A DNA stretch of 64,000 bases. Origin: Eledone cirrhosa (taxonomy: Eukaryota). The notes beneath the pieces are model-generated. The model had not been told where the DNA came from, did not search any database, and saw nothing but the letters and a program-made list of their open reading frames with translations. The stretch is taken from NCBI GenBank assembly GCA_964016885.1, contig OZ024744.1:116374001-116438000 (forward strand). Reading direction: 5' to 3'. Below are positions 1 through 12,200 of the stretch, in pieces; within the stretch, counting starts at the first letter, position 1, and each line of letters starts with the position of its first letter. A program made the translations under genes and the position numbers.

Positions 1-3000
1 ATAGTCTACCATATCAACCTCAGTACTGTTTTACTGGTGTCAGTCATTAGACTGTGGCCATACTGGGGCACTACCTTGATGTAGTCTACCATATCAACCT
101 CAGTACTGTTTTACTGGTGTCATTCATTAGACTGTGGCCATACTGGGGCACTACCTTGATATAGTCTACCATATCAACCTCAGTACTGTTTTACTGGTGT
201 CATTCATTAGACTGTGGCCATACTGGGGCACTACCTTGATATAGTCTACCATATCAACCTCAGTACTGTTTTACTGGTGTCATTCATTAGACTGTGGCCA
301 TACTGGGGCACTACCTTGATATAGTCTACCATATCAACCTCAGTATTGCTTTACTGGTGTCAGTTATTAGACTGTGGCCATACTGGGGCACTACCTTGAT
401 ATAGTCTACCATATCAACCTCACTACTCTTTTACTGGTGTCACTCATTGGACAGTGGCCATACTGGGGCACTACCTTGATATAGTCTACCATATCAACCT
501 CAGTATTGCTTTACTGGTGTCAGTTATTAGACTGTGGCCATACTGGGGCACTACCTTGATTTAGTCTACCATATCAACCTCACTACTCTTTTACTGGTGT
601 CACTCATTGGACAGTGGCCATACTGGGGCACTACCTTGATGTAGTCTACCATATCAACCTCAGTACGGTTGTACTGGTGTCAGTCGTTAGACTGTGGCCA
701 TACTGGGGCACTACCTTGATATAGTCTCCATATCAATCTCAGTACTGTTTTACTGGTGTCAGTCATTAGACTGTGGCCATACTGGGGCACTACCTTGAAA
801 TAGTCTACCATATCAACCTCAGTATTGTTTTACTGGTGTCAGTCATTAGACTGTGGCCATACTGGGGCACTACATTGATATAGTCTACCATATCAACCTC
901 ACTACTGTTTTACTGGTGTCAATCATTCGACAGTGGCCATACTGGGGCACTACCTTGATATAGTCTACCATATCAACCTCAATACTGTTTTACTAGTGTC
1001 AGTCATTTGACTGTGGCCATACTGGGGCACTACCTTGAAATTGTCTACCATATCAACCTCAGTACTGTTTTACTGATGTCAGTCATTAGACTGTGGCCAT
1101 ACTGGGGCACTACCTTGATATAGTCTACAATATCAACCTCACTACTCTTTTACTTGTGTCAGTCATTAGACTGTGGCCATACTGGGGCACTACCTTGATA
1201 TAGTCTACCATATCAACCTCACTACACTTTTACTGGTGTCAATCATTGGACAGTGGCCATACTGGGGCACTACCTTGATATAGTCTACCATATCAACCTC
1301 ACTACTCTTTTACTGGTGTCAGTCATTAGACTGTGGCCATACTGGGGCACTACCTTGATATAGTCTACCATATCAACCTCACTACACTTTTACTGGTGTC
1401 AATCATTGGACAGTGGCCATACTGGGGCACTACCTTGATATAGTCTAGCATATCAACCTCAGTACTGTTTACTGGTGTCAGTCATTAGACTGTGGCCATA
1501 CTGGGGCACTACCTTGATATAGTCTACCATATCAACCTCAGTACAGTTTTACTGGTGTCAGCCATTAGACAGTGGCCATACTGGGGCACTACCTTGATAT
1601 AGTCTAGCATATCAACCTCAGTACTGTTTTACTGGTGTCAGTCATTAGACTCTGGCCATACTGGGGCACCACCATGATATAGTCTATCTACCATATCAAC
1701 CTCAGTACTGTTTTACTGGTATCAGTCATTAGAGTGTGGCCATACTGGGGCACTACCTTGATATAGTCTACCATATCAATCTCAGTACTGTTTTACTGGT
1801 GTAAGTCATTAGACTGTGGCCATACTGGGGCACCACCATGATATAGTCTATCTACCATATCAACCTCAGTACTGTTTTACTGGTGTCAGTCATTAGAGTG
1901 TGGCCATACTGGGGCACTACCTTGATATAGTCTACCATATCAATCTCAGTACTGTTTTACTGGTGTAAGTCATTAGACTGTGGCCATACTGGAGCACTAC
2001 CTTGATATAGTCTACCATATCAACCTCACTACTGTTTTACTGGTGTCAGTCATTAGACTGTGGCCATACTGGGGCACCACCATGACATAATCTACCATAT
2101 CAACCTCAGTACTGTCTCACTGGTGTCAGTCATTAGACTGGGGCCATACTGGGGCACTACCTTGATATAGTCTACCATATCAACCTCACTACTGATTTAC
2201 TGGTGTCAGTCACTAGACTGTGGCCATACTGGGGCACTACCTTGATATAGACTACCATATTAACCTCAGTACTGTTTTACTGGTGTCAGTCATTAGACTA
2301 TGGCCATACTGGGGCACTACCGTGATAAAGTCTACCATATCAGCCTCAGTACTGTTTTACTGGTGTCAGTCATTAGACTGTGGCCATACTGGGGCACTAC
2401 CTTGATATAGTCTACCATATCAACCTCAGTACTGTTTTACTGGTGTCCATCATTAGACTGTGGCCATATTGGGGCACTTCCTTGATATAGTCTACCATAT
2501 CAATCTCAGTACTGTTTTACTGGTGTCAGTCATTAGACTGTAGCCATACTGGGACACTACCTTGATATAGTCTACCATATCAACGTCAGTACTGCTTTAC
2601 TGGTGTCAGTCATTAGACTGTGGCCATACTGGGGCACTACCTTGATATAGTCTACTATATCAACCTCAGTACTGTTTTACTGCTTTCAGTCATTAGACTG
2701 TGGCCAGAATGGGGCACTACCTTGATATAGTCTACCATATCAACCTCAGTACTGTTTTACTGGTGTCAGTCTTTAGACTGTGGCCATACTGGGGCACTAT
2801 CTCTATATAGTCTACCATATCAACCTCACTACTGTTTTACTGCTGTCAGTCATTAGACTGTGGCCATACTGGGGCACCACCATGATATAGTCTACCATAT
2901 CAACCTCACTACGGTTTTACTGGTGTCAGTCATTAGACTGTGGTCATACTGGGGCACTAGCTTGATATAGTCTACCATATCAACATCAGTACTATTTTAC

Positions 3001-3949
3001 TGGTGTCAGTCATTAGACTGTGACCATACTGGGGCACTACCTTGATATAGTCTACCATATTAACCTGAGTATAATTTTACTGGTGTCAGTCATTAGATTG
3101 TGGCCATACAGGGGCACTACCTTGATATAGTCTACCATATCAACCTCACCACTGTTTTACTGGTGTCAGTCATTAGACTGTGGCCATACTGGGGCACTAC
3201 CATGATATAGTCTACCATATCAACCTCAGTACTGTTTTACTGGTGTCAATCATTAGACTGTGGCCATACTGGGGCACTACCTTGATATAGTCTACCATAT
3301 CAACCTCACTACTCTTTTACTGGTGTCAATCATTGGACAGTGGCCATACTGGGGCACTACCTTGATATAGTCTACCATATCAAATTCAGTACGGTTTTAC
3401 TGGTGTCAGTCATTAGACTGTGGCCATACTGGGGCACTACCATGATATAGTCTACCATATCAACCTCAGTACTGTTTTACTGGTTTCCATCATTAGACTG
3501 TGGCCATACTGGGGCACTACCTTGATATAGTCTACCATATCAACCTCAGTACTGTTTTACTGGTGTCAGTCATTAGATAGTGGCCATACTGGGGCACTAC
3601 CTTAATATAGTCTACTATATCAACCTCAGTACTGTTTTACTGGTGTCAGTCATTAGACAGTGGCCATACTGGGGCACTACCTTAATATAGTCTACCATAT
3701 CAACCTCAGTACTGTTTTACTGGTGTCAGTCATTAGACAGTGGCCATACTGGGGCACTACCTTAATATAGTCTACCATATCAACCTCAGTACTGTTTTAC
3801 TGGTGTCAGTCATTAGACTGTGGCCATACTGGGGCACTACCTTGATATAGTCTACTATATCAACCTCAGTACTGTTTTACTGGTGTCAGTCATTAGACTG
3901 TGGCCAGAATGGGGCACTACCTTGATATAGTCTACCATATCAACCTCAG

Positions 3950-6030
3950 TACTGTTTTACTGGTGTCAGTCTTTAGACTGTGGCCATACTGGGGCACTAT
4001 CTTGATATAATCTACCATATCAACCTCACTACTGTTTTACTGCTGTCAGTCATTAGATGGTGGCCATACTGGGGCACTGTCTTGATATAGTCTACCATAT
4101 CAACCTCAGTACTGTTTTACTGGTGTCAGTCTTTAGACTGTGACCATACTGGGGCACTACCTTGATATAGTCTACCATATCAACCTCAGTACTGTTTTAC
4201 TGGTGTCAGGCATTAGAGTGTGTCCATACTGGGGCACTACCTTGATATAGTCTACCATATCAACCTCAGTACTGTTTTACTGGTGTCAGGCATTAGACTG
4301 TGGCCATACTGGGGCACTACCTTGATATAGTCTACCATATCAATCTCAGTACTGTTTTACTGGTGTCAGTCATTAGACTGTGGGCATAGTGTGGCACTAT
4401 CTTGATATAGTCTACCATATCAACCTCAGTACTGTTTTACTGGTGTCAGTCATTAGACTGTGGCCATACTGGGGCACTACCTTGATATAGTCTACTATAT
4501 CAACCTCAGTACGGTTTTACTGTTGGAAGTCATTAGACTGTGGCCATACTGAGGCACTACCTTGATATAGTCTACCATATCAACCTCAGTACTGTTTTAC
4601 TGGTGTCAGTCATTAGACTGTGGCCATACTGGGGCACTACCTTGATATAGTCTACCATATCAACCTCAGTACTGTTTTACTGGTGTCAGTCATTAGACTG
4701 TGGCCATTCTGGGGCACTACTTTGATATAGTCTACCATATCAACCTCACTACTGTTTTACTGGTGACAGTCATTAGAGTGTGGCCATACTGCGGTACTAC
4801 CTTGATAATGTCTACCATATAAATTTCAGTACTGTTTTACTGGTGTCAGTCTTTAGAGTGTGGCCATACTGGGGCACTACCTTGATATAGTCTACCATAT
4901 CAAACTCAGTACTATTTTACTGGTGTCCATCATTAGGCTGTGGCCATACTGGAGCATTTCCTTGATATAGTCTACCATATCAACCTCACTACTGTTTTAC
5001 AGGTGTCAGTCATTAGACTGTGGCTATACTGGAGCACTACCTTCATATAGTCTACCACATCAACCTCAGTACTGTTTTACTGGTGTCAGTCATTAGACTG
5101 TGGCCATACTGGGGTACTAACTTTATATAGTCTACAATATCAACCTCAGTACTGTTTTACTGGTGTCAGTCTTTAGACTGTGGCCATACTGGGGCACTAT
5201 CTTGATATAATCTACCATATCAACCTCACTACTGTTTTACTGCTGTCAGTCATTAGATGGTGGCCATACTGGGGCACTGTCTTGATATAGTCTACCATAT
5301 CAACCTCAGTACTGTTTTACTGGTGTCAGTCTTTAGACTGTGACCATACTGGGGCACTACCTTGATATAGTCTACCATATCAACCTCAGTACTGTTTTAC
5401 TGGTGTCAGGCATTAGAGTGTGTCCATACTGGGGCACTACCTTGATATAGTCTACCATATCAACCTCAGTACTGTTTTACTGGTGTCAGGCATTAGACTG
5501 TGGCCATACTGGGGCACTACCTTGATATAGTCTACCATATCAATCTCAGTACTGTTTTACTGGTGTCAGTCATTAGACTGTGGGCATAGTGTGGCACTAT
5601 CTTGATATAGTCTACCATATCAACCTCAGTACTGTTTTACTGGTGTCAGTCATTAGACTGTGGCCATACTGGGGCACTACCTTGATATAGTCTACTATAT
5701 CAACCTCAGTACGGTTTTACTGTTGGAAGTCATTAGACTGTGGCCATACTGAGGCACTACCTTGATATAGTCTACCATATCAACCTCAGTACTGTTTTAC
5801 TGGTGTCAGTCATTAGACTGTGGCCATTCTGGGGCACTACTTTGATATAGTCTACCATATCAACCTCACTACTGTTTTACTGGTGACAGTCATTAGAGTG
5901 TGGCCATACTGGGGTACTACCTTGATAATGTCTACCATATAAATTTCAGTACTGTTTTACTGGTGTCAGTCTTTAGAGTGTGGCCATACTGGGGCACTAC
6001 CTTGATATAGTCTACCATATCAAACTCAGT
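3950..6030. repeat. Higher-order duplication of 14-15 monomers (offsets 1200 then 1120 bp); ends approximate
   Basis: Diagnostic variants recur in order: CATTAGATGG 4051/5251, TGGGCATAGTGTGG 4381/5581, TGTTGGAAGT 4521/5721, CTTGATAATG...AAATTTCAGT 4801/5921. Confidence 0.85.
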
Positions 6031-6299
6031 ACTGCTTTAATGGTGTCAGTCATTGGACTGTGGCCATAATGGGGCACTACCTTGATATAGTCTACCATAT
6101 AAACCTCACTACTGTTTTACTGGTGTCAGTCATTGGACTGTGGCCATACTGGGGCACTACCTTGATATAGTCTACTATATCAACCTCAGTACTGTTTTAC
6201 TGGTGTCAGTCAATAGACTGTGGCCATACTAGGGCACTACCTAGATATAGTCTACCATATCAACCTCAGTACTGTTTTATTGGTGTCAGACATTAGACT

Positions 6300-9200
6300 G
6301 TGGCCATACTGGGGCACTATCTTGATATAGTCTACCATATCAACCTCAGTACTGCTTTACTGGTGTCAGTCATTGGACTGTGGCATACTGGGTCACTTCC
6401 TTGATATAGTCTACCATATCAACCTCAGTACTGTTTTACTGGTGTCAGTCATTGGACTGTGGCCATACTGGGGCACTACCTTGATATAGTCTACCATATC
6501 AATCTCAGTACTGTTTTACTGGTGTCAGTCAATAGACTGTGGCCATACTAGGGCACTACCTAGATATAGTCTACCATATCAACCTCAGTACTGTTTTATT
6601 GGTGTCAGACATTGAACTGTGGCCATACTGGGGCACTACCTTCATATAGTCTGCCATATTAACCTGAGTAAAATTTTACTGGTGTCAGTCATTAGATTGT
6701 GGCCATACAGGAGCACTACCTTGATATAGTCTACCATATCAACCTCACTACTGTTTTACTGGTGTCAGTCATTAGACTGTGGCCATACTGGGGCACTACC
6801 TTCATATAGTCTACCATATCAACCTCAGTACAGTTTTACTGGTGTCAATCATAGGACAGTGGTCATACTGGGGCACTACCTTCATATAGTCTACCATATC
6901 AACCTCACTACTGTTTTACTGGTGTCAGTCATTAAACTGTGGCCATACTGGGGCACTACCTTGATATAGTCTACCATATTAACCTGAGTAAAGTTTTACT
7001 GGTGTCAGTCATTAGATTGTGGCCATACTGGGGCACTACTTTGATATAGTCTACCATATCAATCTCACTACTGATTTACTGGTGTCAGTCATTAGACTGT
7101 GGCCATACTGGGGCACTACCTTGATATAGTCTACAATATCAATCTCAGTACTGTTTTACTGGTGTCAGTCATTAGACTGTGGCCATACCGGGGCACTACC
7201 TTGATATAGTCTACCATATCAACCTCACTACTGTTTTACTGGTGTCAGTCACTAGACTGTGGCCATACTGGGGCACTATCTTGATATAGTCTACCATATC
7301 AACCTCACTACTGTTTTACTGGTGTCAGTCATTAGACTGTGGCCATACTGGGGCACTACCTTGATATTGTCTTCCATATCAACCTCAGTACTGTATTACT
7401 GGTGTCAGTCATTATACTGTGGCCATATTGGGGCACGACCTTGATATAGTCTACCATATCAACCTCAGTACTGTTTTACTGGTGTCAGTCATTATACTGT
7501 GCCCATATTGGGGCACTACCTTGATATAGTCTACCATATCAACCTCAGTACAGTTTTACTGCTGTCAGTCATTAGAGTGTGGCCATATTGGGGCACTACC
7601 TTGATATAGTCTACCATATCAACCTCAGTACTATTTTACAGGTGTCAATCATTAGACTGTGGCCATACTGGGGCACTAGCTTGATATAGTCTACCATATC
7701 AACCTCAGTACTGTTTTACTCGTGTCAGTCACTAGACTGTGGCCATACTGGGGCACTACCTTGATATAGTCTACAATATCAATCTCAGTACTGTTTTACT
7801 GGTGTCAGTCATTAGACTGTGGCCATACCGGGGCACTACCTTGATATAGTCTACCATATCAACCTCACTACTGTTTTACTGGTGTCAGTCATTAGACTGT
7901 GGCCATACTGGGGCACTACCTTGATATAGTCTACCATATCAACCTCAGTACTGTTTTACTGGTGTCAGTCATTAGCGTGTGGCCATACTGGGGCACTACC
8001 TTGATATAGTCTACCATATCAATCTCAGTACTGTTTTACTGGTGTCAGTCACTAGACTGTGGCCATACTGGGCCACTAGCTTGATATAGTCTACCATATC
8101 AACCTCAGTACTGTTCTACTTGTGGCAGTCATTAGACTGTGGCCATACTGGGGCACTACCTTGATATGGTCTACCATATCAACCTCAGTAGTGTTTTACA
8201 GGTGTCAATCATTAGACTGTGGCCATACTGGGGACTAGCTTGATATAGTTTACCATATCAACCTCAGTACTATTTTACAGGTGTCAATCATTAGACTGTG
8301 GCCATACTGGGGCACTAGCTTGATATAGTCTACCATATCAACCTCAGTACTGTTTTACTCGTGTCAGTCATTAGACTGTGGCCATACTAGGGCACTACCT
8401 TGATATAATCTACCATATCAACCTCAATACTGTTTTACTGGTGTTAGTCACTAGACTGTGGCCATACTGGGGCACTACATTGATGTAGTCTACCATTTCA
8501 AACTCAGTTCTCTTTTACTGGTGTCAGTCATTAGACTGTGGCCATACTGGGGCATTACCAAGATATAGTCTATCATATCAAACTCAGTACTGTTTTACTG
8601 GTGTCCATCATTAGGCTGTGGCCATACTGGAGCACTACCTTTATATAGTCTACCATGTCAACCTCAATACTGTTTTACTGGTGTCAGTCATTAGAATGTG
8701 GCCATACTGGGGTACTAACTTTATATAGTCTACTATATCAACCTCAGTACTGCTTTACTGGTGTCAGTCATTCGACTGTGGCCATACTGGGGCACTATCT
8801 TGATATAGTCTACCATATCAACTTCAGTACTGCTTTACTGGTGTCAGTCATTGGACTGTGGCATACTGGGTCACTTCCTTGATATAGTCTACCATATCAA
8901 CCTCAGTACTGTTTTACTGGTGTCAGTCATTGGACTGTGGCCATACTGGGGCACTACCCTGATATAGTCTACCATATCAACCTCAGTACTGTTTTACTGG
9001 TGTCAGTCAATAGACTGTGGCCATACTAGGGCACTACCTAGATATAGTCTACCATATCAACCTCAGTACTGTTTTATTGGTGTCAGACATTGAACTGTGG
9101 CAATACTGGGGCACTACCTTGATATAGTCTACCATATCAACCTCAGTACTGTTTTACTGGTGTCAATCATTGGACAGTGGTCATACTGGGGCACTACCTT

Positions 9201-12200
9201 GATATAGTCTACCATATCAACCTCAGTACTATTTTACTAGTGTCAGTCATTAGACTGTGGCCATACTGGGGCACTACCTTGATATAGTCTACCATATTAA
9301 CCTGAGTAAAGTTTTACTGGTGTCAGTCATTAGATTGTGGACATACAGGGGCAGTACCTTGATATAGTCTACCATATCAACCTCACTACTGTTTTACTGG
9401 TGTCAGTCATTAGACTGTGGCCATACTGGGGCACTACCTTGATATAGTCTACCATATCAACCTCAGTACTGTTTTACTGGTGTCAATCATTGGACAGTGG
9501 TCATACTGGGGCACTACCTTGATATAGTCTACCATATCAACCTCAGTACTGTTTTACTGGTGTCAGTCATTATACTGTGGCCATATTGGGGCACTACCTT
9601 GATATAGTCTACCATATCAACCTCAGTACTGTTTTACTGGTGTCAGTCATTAGACTGTGGCCATACTGGGGCACTACCTTGATATACTCTACCATATTAA
9701 CCTGAGTAAAGTTTTACTGGTGTCAGTCATCATACTGTGGCCATATTGGGGCACTACCTTGATATAGTCTACCATATCAACCTCAGTACAGTTTTACTGC
9801 TGTCAGTCATTAGAGTGTGGCCATATTGGGGCACTACCTTGATATAGTCTACTATATCAACCTCAGTAGTGTTTTACTGGTGTCAGTCATTAGATTGTGG
9901 CCATACTGGGGCACTACCTTGATATAGTCTACCATATCAACCTCAGTACTGTTTTACTGGTGTCAGTCATTATACTGTGGCCATATTGGGGCACCACCTT
10001 GATATAGTCTACGATATCAACCTCACTACCATTTTACTGGTGTCAGTCATTAGAGTGTGGCCATACTGGGGCACAACCTTGATATGGTCTACCATATCAA
10101 CCTCAGTACTGTTTTACTGGTGTCAGTCATTAGAGTGTGGGCATACTGGGGCACTACCTTGATATAGTCTACCATATCAACCTCAGTACTGTTTTACTCG
10201 TGTCAGTCATGAGACTGTGGCCATACTAGGGCACTACCTTGATATAATCTACCATATCAACCTCAATACTGTTTTACTGGTGTCAGTCACTAGAGTGTGG
10301 CCATACTGGGGCACTACATTGATGTAGTCTACCATTTCAAACTCAGTTCTCTTTTACTGGTGTCAGTCATTAGACTGTGGCCATACTGGGGCACTACCAA
10401 GATATAGTCTACTATATCAAACTCAGTACTGTTTTACTGGTGTCCATCATTAGGCTGTGTCCATACTGGAGCACTACCTTGATATAGTCTACCATATCAA
10501 CCTCACTACTGTTTTACAGGTGTCAGTCATTAGACTGTGGCTATACTGGAGCACTACCTTGATATAGTCTGCCATATCAACCTCAGTACTGTTTTACTGG
10601 TGTCAGTCATTAGACTGTGGCCATACTGGGGCACTATCTTGATATAGTCTACCATATCAACCTCACTACTGTTTTACTGGTGTCAGTCATTAGACTGTGG
10701 CCATACTGGGGCACTACCTTGATATTGTCTACCATATCAACCTCAGTACTGTATTACTGGTGTCAGTCATTATACTGTGGCCATATTGGGGCACTACCTT
10801 GATATAGTCTACCATATCAACCTCAGTACTGTTTTACTGGTGTCAGTCATTATACTGTGGCCATATTGGGGCACTACTTTGATATAGTCTACCATATCAA
10901 CCTCAGTACAGTTTTACTGCTGTCAGTCATTAGAGTGTGGCCTTATTGGGGAACTACCTTGATATAGTCTACCATATCAACCTCAGTACTATTTTACAGG
11001 TGTCAATCATTAGACTGTGGCCATACTGGGGCACTAGCTTGATATAGTCTACCATATCAACCTCAGTACTGTTTTACTCGTGTCAGTCATTAGACTGTGG
11101 CCATACTAGGGCACTACCTTGATATAATGTACCATATCAACCTCACTACTGTTTTACTGGTGTCAGTCATTAGACTGTGGCCATACTGGGGCACTACCTT
11201 AATATTGTCTACCATATCAACCTCAGTACTGTATTACTGGTGTCAGTCATTATACTGTGGCCATATTGGGGCACTACCTTGATATAGTCTACCATATCAA
11301 CCTCAGTACAGTTTTACAGCTGTCAGTCATTAGAGTGTGGCCATATAGGGGCACTACCTTGATATAGTCTACCATATCAACCTCAGTACTGTTTTACTGG
11401 TGTCAGTCATTATACTGTGGCCATATTGGGGCACCACCTTGATATAGTCTACGATATCAACCTCACTATAATTTTACTGGTGTCAGTCATTAGAGTGTAG
11501 CCATAATGGGGCACAACCTTGATATGGTCTACCATATCAACATCAGTACTGTTTTACTGGTGTCAGTTATTAGAGTGTGGCCATACTGGGGCACTACCTT
11601 GATATAGTCTACCATATCAATCTCAGTACTGTTTTACAGGTGTCAGTCACTAGGCTGTGGCCATACTGGGCCACTACCTTGATATAGTCTACCATATCAA
11701 CCTCAGTACTGTTTTACAGGTGTCCTATCATTAGACTGTGGCCATACTGGGGACTAGCTTGATATAGTTTACCATATCAACCTCAGTACTATTTTACAGG
11801 TGTCAATCATTAGACTGTGGCCATACTGGGGCACTAGCTTGATATAGTCTACCATATCAATCTCAGTACTGTTTTACTGGTGTCAGTCACTAGACTGTGG
11901 CCATACTGGGCCACTAGCTTGATATAGTCTACCATATCAACCTCAGTACTGTTTTACTGGTGGCAGTCATTAGACTGTGGCCATACTGGGGCACTACCTT
12001 GATATAGTCTACCATATCAACCTCAGTACTGTTTTACTTGTGTCAGTCATGAGACTGTGGCCATACTAGGGCACTACCTTGATATAATCTACCATATCAA
12101 ACTCAGTACTATTTTACAGGTGTCAATCATTATACTGTGGCCATATTGGGGCACTACCTTGATATAGTCTACCATATCAACCTCAGTACTGTTTTACTGG

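Noticed and set aside
29-50. Hammerhead-like core on the minus strand (CUAAUGA-CUG-ACAC-CAG-UAAA), as in transcribed ribozyme satellites
   Set aside because: The essential core G5 and G12 are A and U, and no convincing stems I/III with an NUH site can be drawn. An Infernal scan or cleavage assay would be needed to revive the idea.
1-80. Tandem tRNA/5S/snRNA gene or telomeric repeat
   Set aside because: No A/B boxes, cloverleaf or telomere motif is recognisable on either strand.
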